From contig JAFGMA010000235.1 in assembly GCA_016927835.1 (NCBI GenBank), positions 20,580 to 84,579 on the forward strand: a stretch of DNA of 64,000 nucleotides, given 5' to 3'. Below the pieces are notes generated by a model. The model did not search any database. It was not told where the DNA came from and was given only the letters and a program-made list of their open reading frames with translations. Position numbers and translations under genes: made by a program. Each line of letters starts with the position of its first letter. The stretch's first letter is position 1. The DNA comes from Candidatus Zhuqueibacterota bacterium. Its GTDB lineage: Bacteria; Zhuqueibacterota; Zhuqueibacteria; Thermofontimicrobiales; Sulfurfontimicrobiaceae. Of the stretch, positions 9,459 to 19,355 are shown piece after piece.

Positions 9459-10883
9459 CTACAGGTTCAACACCACCATTCGAATATTCGTCATCTCTTC
9501 GATGGCATACTTCAAGCCTTCCCTGCCGATACCGCTTTCCTTATTTCCGCCATAGGGCATGTGATCAACGCGATACGTTGGCACGTCGTTGATGATGATC
9601 CCGCCGACATCTATTTTTTTCACGGCTGCAAACGCCCGGTTGAGATCGTTGGTATAAATCCCGGCTTGCAGCCCATATTTCGAATCATCGACCCAATTCA
9701 AGACCTCTTCGAAATTTTCGTAAGGAATAATCGAAACCACCGGTCCGAAAATTTCATCACGCATAACTTTCATCTCCGCTTTGACGCGGGTGAGAACCGT
9801 TGGCTGGAATAACGTGCCCGAACGCGTTCCCCCCGTAAGCACTTCCGCGCCCGCCGCAACCGCCTCCTTGATCCAATCTTCCACGCGTTCAGCCTCATGC
9901 TCATTGATCAGCGGTCCCACATCGCAATTTTTTTGAACCGCATCGCCCACGACTTGCTGTTGCGTGGCGGCGAGAAATTGAGTCAAAAATGCTTCGAATT
10001 TGCGTTGGTGCACGTAAATTCGCTGCACGGAAATACAAACCTGCCCGGAATTGGCAAACGCACCCACAATGCAGCGGGGGACAGCTTTTTCAATATTCGC
10101 GTCCTCGCAGATGATGACTGCGGAATTCGAGCCTAATTCCATAGTATATTTTTTCAGCCCGCCGCGACTGATGATGTATTTGCCCACCGGCGGACTGCCC
10201 GTGAATGAGATCATCGCCACGCGCGGATCCGTGACCAACCAGTCGCCCACAGTGGCGCCGCCACCCATGATGATGTTCAGTGCGCCGGCAGGTAACCCGG
10301 CTTGCATGAGCAATTCGCCCAGGCGCAGCGCTGTCAGCGGCGTGGCGGTTGCCGGTTTCAAAACCACGCTATTTCCCGCCGCAAGTGCCGGAGCCACTTT
10401 ATGGGCGACCAGATTCAGCGGAAAATTGAAAGGTGTGATGGCGCCGATAACGCCAATCGGGAACCGCAAATAGAATCCCATTCGATTTTCTGAGCCTGCT
10501 CCGGCATCCATGGGAACGGTTTCGCCATGGATTTGTTTGGCTTCTTCCGCGGCAAATTTGAAGGTTTGCACCGCCCGACCCACTTCCCCGATAGCGTATT
10601 TCCAGGCTTTGCCGGCTTCGCTGGCGATTAATTCGGCGAGTTCTTCGGCGTGCTTTTCAAGGAGTTGCGAAGTGGTTTCGAGGATTTTGCTCCGTTGGTG
10701 CGCCGGCAGGGATGACATCACCGGGAAGGCGCGCCGAGCACTTTCTATCGCAGCATTGACATCGCTTTGGGTCGCTTTTGGAACGGTTCCCAGCAGGTCA
10801 TTATTCAACGGATTCACGACATCGATAGTCGAGGTGTCGGAAAGCCATTCACCATTGATTAGCATTTTATATTCGTTACTCAT
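9459..10883 (-). CDS. NAD(P)-dependent aldehyde dehydrogenase (lactaldehyde DH/GAPN-like)
   Basis: ITPFNFP, FTGS, MELGSN, GQVCIS, EIFGP, YGGNKESGIGREG. Confidence 0.93.
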   Translation of the reverse strand: MSNEYKMLINGEWLSDTSTIDVVNPLNNDLLGTVPKATQSDVNAAIESARRAFPVMSSLPAHQRSKILETTSQLLEKHAEELAELIASEAGKAWKYAIGEVGRAVQTFKFAAEEAKQIHGETVPMDAGAGSENRMGFYLRFPIGVIGAITPFNFPLNLVAHKVAPALAAGNSVVLKPATATPLTALRLGELLMQAGLPAGALNIIMGGGATVGDWLVTDPRVAMISFTGSPPVGKYIISRGGLKKYTMELGSNSAVIICEDANIEKAVPRCIVGAFANSGQVCISVQRIYVHQRKFEAFLTQFLAATQQQVVGDAVQKNCDVGPLINEHEAERVEDWIKEAVAAGAEVLTGGTRSGTLFQPTVLTRVKAEMKVMRDEIFGPVVSIIPYENFEEVLNWVDDSKYGLQAGIYTNDLNRAFAAVKKIDVGGIIINDVPTYRVDHMPYGGNKESGIGREGLKYAIEEMTNIRMVVLNL

Positions 10884-10994
10884 CCTCGCCTCCTGAGTTT
10901 ATTTGCATTCTAACTGGTTTGACGGGTTGAATGAATATTTCGGCTATCATGTTTTTTATTTTGAAAAGCTGAAAAGCAGGATAATTGCACGCTT

Positions 10995-13733
10995 TTATTT
11001 CATACTCAACTCTATCCGATATTCGCCGGACGCCAACCGTTCGGTACAACGGAGCCATCCGCCGGATTTTTCGAAAGCGACGTTGTTCCGGTTGATCGTC
11101 ACGATGGCGCGCTTCCCCGGATCGGGCAGGTGCACATCTGCCTGCATTCCGCCTGGTATTTTTAAATTCATAAATAGCTTTTTTTCTGTCCGCTGAATTT
11201 TCATCTCGATTTCACCCTGCAACGTTGGGAGCAGAATTTCAGCCTGCTGCAAGTCCGCAGGGAAACGGGGCGCAATTCGTACACGATCCCAGCCCGGATT
11301 CAGCGGGGAAATTCCCATAATCTGTTCTGAAATGATTGAAATCGGACACGTCGCCCAGGGATGACAAAAACTGGTGTTCCATTTCAAGTCCGGATCCCAG
11401 GCTTCGAGGGTAGTGGTGGCACCTTTGCGGATCATATTCAACCAGGAATGCAAGCCGTCCGAGCACAGCAGGCGATAAGCAGCCTCCCACTCACCGGCTT
11501 GAAAAAGCGCTTTCAAAACGAAATTGGCAAAATAAACGCCGCAAGCCAGCCCTTTCGAACTGACAAAGTTCAGAATCCCGGTTCGCTGCGAATCGTCCAC
11601 CATATCGAAGAGCAGCGGCAACACATTCGCATGCAACGAATGATGCGAACTGGTATCGGCATCCTTGAAAAGCCCCGCGGATTCATCGAAAAGGATTTTT
11701 AAAAATGCAATCCGCAGCATGTCCGCCTGCATTTCGAATTTCCGGGCATTGTCAATTTGATTCAATTCAACTGCAATCGCGGCGCTCTTTTTGAGTGCAT
11801 TGTAATAAAACGCATTCAGAGCCGTGTTGACACCGTTTTCCGCGGCTTTCATATCATACTCATCACGTAAATTGGGCGGCCAATCGACAACGACAAAACC
11901 TTCTACCCGCGATAGCAGCCCTTCATCAGTCCTCCATTTTTCGAAAGCAGTCATCATTTGACACACGGAAGTATACATTTCCTGCAAGAATAGGCGATCC
12001 CCTGAATGGCGATAAAATTCCAGGAGCAATTCGGGCAGGAGCAGCGAGTAATCCGGGATATCCTGCTTCAGCGCCGAAGGTGCGACCGCCAACATGATAT
12101 CCTTATATTTCAAGGATTGCGCGTAGTGCCGCAGCGCCTTTTTCAATAGCGTCAATTCGCCAGTGTGCCAGATATGCGATAATCCGGCTACGTAAACATC
12201 GCCCAAGTATTGTCCTTTTTCACGCGTGGGGCAATCGAGGTAGCCTTCCTGGGTTCCCATTTCGACAGTGTACCGGCATAACTCCCAGATGGCATTCAAA
12301 TTCGGATCGGAACTTCGGAATCGGCTACTGACATCGGGCACGGGAAAATGGCGCACATACACGCGAACATCATTCACCTCTGTTTCAACGCCGTTTGGCA
12401 GCAAAATTTCAACATAGCGAAACGCTTTATAATCATAAAATTCAAACTCGAAACTCGCGGTGTCGAGCGTAATAAACTCCTGGTAAATTGTTGAAGCGCG
12501 CATATCGTAACGCACACGTCCATCTTCATTCAATTCCTCGCCGTGCCGGATTTCCAGTGTTTGCCAGGCATCTCCCCGAAAAGTAAACACCAGCGTGCCC
12601 ACGACTTCAGCGCCAAAATCAAACCAGAGCACGCTATCACCGATGATCCGTTCGATATTCGGTTTGATTGCATAGCGCTGCAATGGCGGCGTGGGCTGGG
12701 GATGCAGGCGATGATCATTCAAAGGCGGGATAGCGACTTCCCGAGCAGCAAGCCAGTCGCTATCATCAAATTCAGGTCTTCGCCAATGCGCAAGAGCCTG
12801 GCGCGCATCCCAATCTTCGAGAAATTGCGTATCGTAAGCCGTAATTCGATCACCCGCGTAAGCCTTCGAAACAGCGCTGCGCCAGCCAGAATCGGTTGCA
12901 ACGATTTGCAGGCTGCCATCTTCGAAATAGATGTGCAATTGAAGCAGAAATCCGAATTGCTTATCTCCACTCACCCAGACGCGGTTGTGAAGCCCCTGGT
13001 AATAGCAATCTGCCGCCAGGCAATGCTCAGAATCCTGTTTCAAATGCTCGGTGACATCGAATGTGTTATAGTAGTAATCGAACAGATAAGCCGGCGCCGG
13101 ACCCTGCCCGATGTACTGGTCATTCAGATAGAGCTTGTAATAATCATCGGCGGTGACAAAGCAAATCGCTTTTCGTATGGAAGAAGGCACTGCTGTGAAG
13201 TGCTTGCGCAGGTAGAAGTGCAAATCAGCCAGCCCGTCGACAGCTTTCATTTTTCCGGATCCGGCGTGCAGCACCTGTTTTGTCTCCGGGAAAGACGCGA
13301 TCTGAGGTTGAATCCAATACGCCTGCCATTCGGCTTTATCTTCATCGGGTCCGACAGCCAGAAATTGCGGCTCACTGTACTCCGATTCGGAATTTTCCTT
13401 GTTCCAGAATCGCACTTGCCAGTTGTAAATGCCGCATGCCGGCACGTTCGCTGCATCAATCACGCATCGCGCGGAACGGGATTCTATTTTACCTGTGTCG
13501 TAAATGTTTGTCGAAGGCGTTGTTTTTAAATCGAAGATGCGCACCTGATATGCATGTTGCTGCGTGCCATCCGGAATCCGCCAGTTGAAAGTCAGCGCTT
13601 GCCGGGGCATGCCCAATGCGGCTTTTCTGAAATTACAGCTCAGGTGTGAAGGCTTCATTAATGCGTCTCCGGTAAGTGTGGTTGATAGAAAGCACAGGAC
13701 GAGGCAACTGATCGTGAATTGAATTGGTTTCAT
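10995..13733 (-). CDS. Secreted alpha-L-rhamnosidase (GH78)
   Basis: DFGAEVVG, DCPTREKGQYLGD, GATTTLEAW, SFCHPW motifs. Signal peptide from MKPIQFTISC (ATG 13733). Confidence 0.88.
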   Translation of the reverse strand: MKPIQFTISCLVLCFLSTTLTGDALMKPSHLSCNFRKAALGMPRQALTFNWRIPDGTQQHAYQVRIFDLKTTPSTNIYDTGKIESRSARCVIDAANVPACGIYNWQVRFWNKENSESEYSEPQFLAVGPDEDKAEWQAYWIQPQIASFPETKQVLHAGSGKMKAVDGLADLHFYLRKHFTAVPSSIRKAICFVTADDYYKLYLNDQYIGQGPAPAYLFDYYYNTFDVTEHLKQDSEHCLAADCYYQGLHNRVWVSGDKQFGFLLQLHIYFEDGSLQIVATDSGWRSAVSKAYAGDRITAYDTQFLEDWDARQALAHWRRPEFDDSDWLAAREVAIPPLNDHRLHPQPTPPLQRYAIKPNIERIIGDSVLWFDFGAEVVGTLVFTFRGDAWQTLEIRHGEELNEDGRVRYDMRASTIYQEFITLDTASFEFEFYDYKAFRYVEILLPNGVETEVNDVRVYVRHFPVPDVSSRFRSSDPNLNAIWELCRYTVEMGTQEGYLDCPTREKGQYLGDVYVAGLSHIWHTGELTLLKKALRHYAQSLKYKDIMLAVAPSALKQDIPDYSLLLPELLLEFYRHSGDRLFLQEMYTSVCQMMTAFEKWRTDEGLLSRVEGFVVVDWPPNLRDEYDMKAAENGVNTALNAFYYNALKKSAAIAVELNQIDNARKFEMQADMLRIAFLKILFDESAGLFKDADTSSHHSLHANVLPLLFDMVDDSQRTGILNFVSSKGLACGVYFANFVLKALFQAGEWEAAYRLLCSDGLHSWLNMIRKGATTTLEAWDPDLKWNTSFCHPWATCPISIISEQIMGISPLNPGWDRVRIAPRFPADLQQAEILLPTLQGEIEMKIQRTEKKLFMNLKIPGGMQADVHLPDPGKRAIVTINRNNVAFEKSGGWLRCTERLASGEYRIELSMK

Positions 13734-13777
13734 GGTCGATGCGTAGAAATCAGGTAATTTTACAGAAGATGATTTAT

Positions 13778-14064
13778 GCCCACTAAGCACACAAAAAGAC
13801 ACGAACTCATTATAATCCCAAAATCGGCGATTGGCTGTTGGATTATGGCTTTTAGCGCTTAGCTCATCGAGACTTACGGGTATACATTATTTCACCTATT
13901 GGGTGATAAACCTGGATCATTCTAATTAATTAAAAATTAATTAGCTAAAAGCCAATCGTTGCACGCCGCTGCCAAATGCTAATCGCTCAATTCGGGAATA
14001 ATAGTGAATCGTTGCCGTGGCAATAAAGAATAACTTGCACAAGCATTCCGTGTTTTTCGTGGGC
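13778..14064. repeat. Nested intergenic palindromic element
   Basis: Outer arms gcccactaag..cacgaa / ttccgtg..ttcgtgggc; inner arms cgattggct..ggcttttagc / gctaaaagccaatcg; central ctaattaatt..aattaattag. Confidence 0.55.
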
Positions 14065-14071
14065 TGAACAG

Positions 14072-15307
14072 CTAAGATAATATCTGCATTTCATAGATGA
14101 CGCTTCTAACGATTTGCACCCACTTGCGCACCCGCGTGGGATCGCCCTGCACGGTTTCGACATCCTTGAGCGTGATATCGACGTGACAGCCGCGACAGGC
14201 TTCGAGATCGCGTTTCAAAATGCTGCGTATTCTTCGGGGATCGAAGTCGTATCCAACCATATCGCTGGGACTGGGGCGATAACTGAGCACATAATCGGTG
14301 CCGATCTGTTCCGCGCATTTGGCAACATCAGCGGTCGGTGCGATGGCTATCCTGCGGAGATTGGGGACTTTCCTGAGCAGCCCGATTTTGCGCGTCAAAT
14401 CCTCACAGCAGCCGTAAGCGGTCAGGGCAAATTTTTCCATGATCGGAATCTGGTATTGCAGCATGAATTCATCGAACAAGTCAGGACCAACGAGGGTGGT
14501 TTCCTGGGAAGCGCAAAAATTCCACAATCTGTTCCTCGAAACAGGAGGGCTGTTTGGCGCCGGATCATCGAGCTCTTCGGAGTATGGCATCGCCTGGTTT
14601 TGATGATCGCAAAGTGCCCAGTCGCCGGCTTTTTCCGCTTGCTCCTGCACCTGCAAAATGCCATCGCGCATGAATCTGAGCAATTCGTGCAGCCATTGAG
14701 GACGATCCATCATATCCCACATCATCTGCTCGATGCCGCGCAAATGCCCCAGCCGCGTGGAAATATCCGCATTCCATACCCGGAAGATAGGCGCGCGATC
14801 GATATTGATCGTGATCAGATCGCCAATCGCATCTGCCAGTCGGGCAGTTTTTTCCGCAGTCGCTTTTTCATCAATTTCGTGCCGGGGTTTCACCAATCGC
14901 TCGATATCTTCCGGCGATTTGATCGGCGGATCGATTTGTTTCGCACCGCGCGGATCATCGCCGCCAATCCAGCCCATTTTGACACCCCAGATGCCTTCGG
15001 GGTGAGTCGCGCAAGCTGCATCAACGGTTAACCACGGTTCGAAAATAAAATCATCTTCAAATGTGCTGCGGAAGAGCATATTGCGGAAAAAATCTTCGTA
15101 ATGCCGATAAAACGCATCTTCGCAAAGGCACCTGGATTCGGGCATTTCCTGCCAGGCGAATGCGCGCACATAAATCAGGATCGGCGCGGGTTTTAGGCTG
15201 TTTTGCGCACGCCAATGATTGCGTCGCTGAATTTGTACCTCAGCATTGCAGATTTCCAGGTATTTTTTTGCCAGGTCCCGGAGGATATTTCGATCAGCTT
15301 TTTTCAT
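14072..15307 (-). CDS. Uroporphyrinogen decarboxylase-like TIM-barrel protein, function unknown
   Basis: LRGIEQMMWDMMDRPQWLHELL, FDEFMLQYQ and YGCCEDL patterns typical of URO-D/MtaA-like superfamily members. Confidence 0.6.
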   Translation of the reverse strand: MKKADRNILRDLAKKYLEICNAEVQIQRRNHWRAQNSLKPAPILIYVRAFAWQEMPESRCLCEDAFYRHYEDFFRNMLFRSTFEDDFIFEPWLTVDAACATHPEGIWGVKMGWIGGDDPRGAKQIDPPIKSPEDIERLVKPRHEIDEKATAEKTARLADAIGDLITINIDRAPIFRVWNADISTRLGHLRGIEQMMWDMMDRPQWLHELLRFMRDGILQVQEQAEKAGDWALCDHQNQAMPYSEELDDPAPNSPPVSRNRLWNFCASQETTLVGPDLFDEFMLQYQIPIMEKFALTAYGCCEDLTRKIGLLRKVPNLRRIAIAPTADVAKCAEQIGTDYVLSYRPSPSDMVGYDFDPRRIRSILKRDLEACRGCHVDITLKDVETVQGDPTRVRKWVQIVRSVIYEMQILS

Positions 15308-15392
15308 GAGTCGACAGGTTCGGTGATTGCATCGGGCAGCATCGATTTCTCTCGCACACCGTGCGCGGGATTTTTAAAATCTTTGTAACTAC

Positions 15393-15474
15393 TCAGGTTC
15401 TGGGTTCAGAGGTTCCCGGTTCAGGGTTGGCAACGTTCAATCCTGAACCTTGAACGCAGAACCTATGAACCTGA
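15393..15474. repeat. Inverted repeat composed of ~7-nt units (xxGGTTC)n / (GAACCxx)n
   Basis: caggttc tgggttc agaggttc ccggttc ... cctgaac cttgaac gcagaac ctatgaac ctga. Confidence 0.7.
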
Positions 15475-15676
15475 AAAGTTTCAAATATTGCTGAAAATGA
15501 TAGCGATTTTTTAAGCCAAATGCAAGCGATTTATAAAACAGGGCAGTGAATGGGACGTCGAGCTTTCAATCAGAATTTTCCCGGACAAACTGCGTGGCGT
15601 CTGAAGTCAAGACTCGATTTTGTGCCAGAAACGATTCACGCGGAGAGACTATTCGCGTCGACGTTCCCCGAAGCCT

Positions 15677-16351
15677 TCAAGCCCGAGCATCTCCATCTTT
15701 GATCCCGGTCATTTTCACACCGATCAAATTTGCAGAAACCTGGCACCCTGCCAACGGAGAATCCTTGATCAATTCTCGCAATTCAGTTGGTGTGTAGGCT
15801 GCATCGATGGAGGTGATGAGTCCGGGTCTGATTGACTTTGGTCGGGTATTGATCCACAAAAACCATCTGAGCAAAGGACTCATATCCCGCCGTAAATCCG
15901 AAATGAAGATTTTCCCGCCCGACTTCAACACCCGCCACATTTCCGAGAATGTGTCCATCGGCTTCTCCCATTCATGCAAGGAGCCATTGGTAAACACCGC
16001 ATCGAATTCGTTTTCGCCGAATGGCATGGTTTGTCCGCTGCTTTGTATATAGTTAACCCTGTGGGACATCTGATAGTCCGCCGCGTTGCGCTTTGCAATT
16101 TTTAGCATATCGGCGCTGATATCAAGCCCGGTCAAGGTTGTATTTTGGGTGTGCTTCAACCATTCAAGTCCCAGGTATCCCGGACCCGGTCCAACCTCAA
16201 GTGCCCGCCCGGATGTGATGCCGCTTTTAATGATGTCGCCGGTTTCGATCCAGCCCTTATCTCGCAATCTTCGCTGCATTTGATCGTAGGTTGTGACATT
16301 GAATTCCCCGTGAATGCCTTCATTGGTTTCAACAACGCGCGGTTTTGTCAT
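15677..16351 (-). CDS. Class I SAM-dependent methyltransferase
   Basis: LEVGPGPG motif I, GLDISADML, FDAVFTNGSLHEW, RVLKSGG. Start refined to MTKPRVVET. Confidence 0.88.
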   Translation of the reverse strand: MTKPRVVETNEGIHGEFNVTTYDQMQRRLRDKGWIETGDIIKSGITSGRALEVGPGPGYLGLEWLKHTQNTTLTGLDISADMLKIAKRNAADYQMSHRVNYIQSSGQTMPFGENEFDAVFTNGSLHEWEKPMDTFSEMWRVLKSGGKIFISDLRRDMSPLLRWFLWINTRPKSIRPGLITSIDAAYTPTELRELIKDSPLAGCQVSANLIGVKMTGIKDGDARA

Positions 16352-16750
16352 TCGTTTCACCCTCCGTTTTAGAACGCCTGAATCACAATTCTTTCTCTCA
16401 ACACTTTTGCGCGCAAAGCGCAGGTGCACGATTTAAAACTTGAATCGAGCATAGTCATGCCCCGAAAATCCAATATCGGCGCAATACGAAAATCCTGTTT
16501 GAAAATTTTAATCTATGAATTTCAGCGTTCGAAGGCAAGCATTTTTTATAAAAAGAATAAGATTTTTTTCGATCGCCAGGCTTGCCTGCAAATTTATTTT
16601 TGATTGCCGGAGAGTCAATGGAATATCCTTTAGCAGTGGATTTTCGCTTCCACGTATCTTTTGCTTGATTTATAGTTATTTTTTTAGTAATTTTTCACGT
16701 TTAATTCCGGTTCGAGTTATCTTCTAAAACACCTTTAAATGAGATCGATC

Positions 16751-17308
16751 ATGCCTCACATAGGATTAACCGGCACGAATGCTTCCGGGAAAACGAGTGT
16801 TGTCAAGTATTTAAGGTCGAAGGGATTTAAATGCTTTTCCCTGTCTGATATCATCCGCGAGGAACTTGTCCGGCGGAATCTCCAGGAAAATCGTGAGAAT
16901 TTATTTCGCATCGGAAACGATTTGCGGGAGCAATCGGGACCGGCGGTGTTGGCTCAAAAAACCATTGAAAAATTGACTGATCAGTATTCGGTCATCGATA
17001 GCATTCGGAACGTATTTGAAATTTCTGCCCTCAAGACTGTTCCCGATTTTTATTTGGTTGCAGTCGATGCGCCGGTGGAAATCCGGTTTGCGCGGGCACA
17101 AAAACGCGGTCGCAACGAAAATGCGCCGACGCTGCAAGACTTCATCAACCTGGAAAACGCTGAAAAAAGCGCCGATAAAACCCGGCAAAACCTGGATCAA
17201 TGCATGGATCTGGCGGATTACCAGCTCTTCAATGATGGCAACTACGAGCAGTTGCTGGCAAAAATAGATGCCATCCTGGCGGATATCGACGCCAAAATCA
17301 AGGATTGA
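16751..17308 (+). CDS. P-loop nucleoside monophosphate/dephospho-CoA kinase-like protein (archaeal-type family)
   Basis: IGLTGTNASGKT, SLSDIIRE, VIDSIRN, VDAPVEIRF, ADY.LFNDG. Confidence 0.75.
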   Translation: MPHIGLTGTNASGKTSVVKYLRSKGFKCFSLSDIIREELVRRNLQENRENLFRIGNDLREQSGPAVLAQKTIEKLTDQYSVIDSIRNVFEISALKTVPDFYLVAVDAPVEIRFARAQKRGRNENAPTLQDFINLENAEKSADKTRQNLDQCMDLADYQLFNDGNYEQLLAKIDAILADIDAKIKD

Positions 17309-17425
17309 ATTACTCCGACTTGAGCTGCAATTCCATTGAAGCATGCAACGAAACACGCAAACCTTCGTAATGATAGGTTAAGCACGGTCGTTTTGAAGAG
17401 TTTTAGATGGAGGATAAATTCAGCC

Positions 17426-18058
17426 ATGAATAGAAAATTCATTATATTGTCATTATTAATGCTGCTGGTTTTGATATCAGGCTGTTTTGAATATGAGGAT
17501 GTGATAACCATCGAAAAAGATTATTCCGGTACGCTGTCGGTGCATTATCGGAGCTTGAAAGACTCAAACATGAACTGGAACGGGATGAAATTTCCAAAGG
17601 AAAAAGAATCCATTTTGGAGGAAGTGAAAAAAAATTACACGTCCGAACATGTCAAGTTAATCCGGTTCCGGGTGAAAGAGCGCGACAAGTATCAGCATGT
17701 GTATTTCGATGTTAAATTTGATCGATTAACCGATCTCAACGAAATCAGGCAATTTGCAGACAGCCATATTTCGCTGGCTAAACTGAATTCGAATGTTATC
17801 CATTTTAAGCGAGTCATCGAATTTGATGAGGATGAAAAGGATGAAGATGATGAATCCGAATTAAGTCGGCTCGTTATAAGCCTGCTCGAAGAATCGATTT
17901 TCGATAAAATAAAATTCAGATTTGAGGTTAACTTTCCCGAAGAAATGCATCATACAAACGCAAATTGGGAACAGGATAGCCGGCATGGTGTCTGGAAATA
18001 TACACTTTCGGATTTTATCGGGGACAAGAAAATCGTCATGACGGCGCAATCGAAGTAA
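17426..18058 (+). CDS. Hypothetical lipoprotein
   Basis: MNRKFIILSLLMLLVLISGC lipobox; GGAGG upstream of ATG 17426. Confidence 0.7.
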   Translation: MNRKFIILSLLMLLVLISGCFEYEDVITIEKDYSGTLSVHYRSLKDSNMNWNGMKFPKEKESILEEVKKNYTSEHVKLIRFRVKERDKYQHVYFDVKFDRLTDLNEIRQFADSHISLAKLNSNVIHFKRVIEFDEDEKDEDDESELSRLVISLLEESIFDKIKFRFEVNFPEEMHHTNANWEQDSRHGVWKYTLSDFIGDKKIVMTAQSK

Positions 18059-18137
18059 TTTTCTCCTGTTTCATTTTTATCTGTCAATTCGCCATACCCA
18101 AAACAGCTTGAATGTAAATAAACTCACGAGGTATTCA

Positions 18138-19355
18138 ATGAAACATCTCTTCGCCTGTTTCCTCGTTTCATACACGATTTGCCACCTGGCATTTGCAGGT
18201 ACCGGACGGATATACGGCAAAGTAACCACCACGGATGATGAGGTTTTCGAGGGCTGGATCCGCTGGGATAAGCAGGAAGCGTTCTGGGATGATTACCTTG
18301 ACGGCATCCGCAAAGGATATATTAAAAATGACCTGGATAAAAAAATTCTTTTGAAGGTGTACGGACCGTTCTGGGTTTACCGACGACAAAGTGAATTCAG
18401 ACAAGATCCTCAAACCGGGATACAATTCGGGCATATTGAATTGCTGGAGAAAACATCCGGCAGTTCAGCAACCGTCACCTTGAAAGACGGACGCAAGTTG
18501 AAGCTGGGTCCCCACGGGCGGGACATTGGCTCCAGCAACAGCGGCATCGAAATCGATGATTTGAATTTCGGCAAAATTGTCATCAAATGGCGCGAATTCA
18601 AACAGGTTGAATTCAAGGAAGAGACATCGCAATACGTTGAGGTAAAATCCCAAAACGATGAATACCGCCTATACGGACGCGTCGAAACCTGGGAGGGCGA
18701 TGTATTCGAAGGGTATGTTATCTGGGACTGGGATGAGTCGCTCTCAACGCATATCCTCGATGGAAAAAGCCGGCGCCGCGAAATGGAAATACCATTCACC
18801 AACATCAAATGGATTGAACGCGATTCCCGATCTTCGGTCGTTGTGGAGTTAACGAATGACACCAGGCTCAGCCTGAGCGGGAGCAATGATGTGGGGCAGG
18901 GCAACCGTGGTATGGCGATCAAGGATCCGGTTTACGGTGAGGTAGAAATCTCGTGGAAAGATTTCGGCTCAGTTAAATTCGAAAAGAATGTGACAAAATT
19001 CATCAGGAACTACGATGATTTTGATGGCGGACGCCCGCTTTATGGCGAGGTGTATACGAAATATAACGACCGCTACCGGGGTTATATCTGTTGGGATAAT
19101 GACGAATGCTTCACCACCGATGTCCTCGATGGCAAATATGAAGAATATGATATCAATATCGAATTTTCAAAGATCTACTCAATCCAGTACCGTTCGAGAC
19201 GTTCATGTATCGTGGAAACGGTGGATGGAAAAAAAATGCATCTCTCAGGTTCGAATGATGTGAATGATGCAAATGCCGGGATTTTTATCATGCAGGAAGA
19301 TGGCAGCGAAACAAAAGTGCGCTGGACCGATTTCGAGAAAGTGATTTTTAAATGA
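18138..19355 (+). CDS. Secreted hypothetical protein with three internal repeats
   Basis: Signal peptide ending AFA; three YG.V.T...(F/Y).G.I.WD..E....(D/H).LDG units. Confidence 0.75.
   Translation: MKHLFACFLVSYTICHLAFAGTGRIYGKVTTTDDEVFEGWIRWDKQEAFWDDYLDGIRKGYIKNDLDKKILLKVYGPFWVYRRQSEFRQDPQTGIQFGHIELLEKTSGSSATVTLKDGRKLKLGPHGRDIGSSNSGIEIDDLNFGKIVIKWREFKQVEFKEETSQYVEVKSQNDEYRLYGRVETWEGDVFEGYVIWDWDESLSTHILDGKSRRREMEIPFTNIKWIERDSRSSVVVELTNDTRLSLSGSNDVGQGNRGMAIKDPVYGEVEISWKDFGSVKFEKNVTKFIRNYDDFDGGRPLYGEVYTKYNDRYRGYICWDNDECFTTDVLDGKYEEYDINIEFSKIYSIQYRSRRSCIVETVDGKKMHLSGSNDVNDANAGIFIMQEDGSETKVRWTDFEKVIFK

Noticed and set aside
12543-13529. 328-aa plus-strand ORF
   Set aside because: Antisense shadow of the GH78 gene with no recognisable motifs.
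14114-15031. 305-aa plus-strand ORF
   Set aside because: Antisense shadow of the URO-D-like gene.
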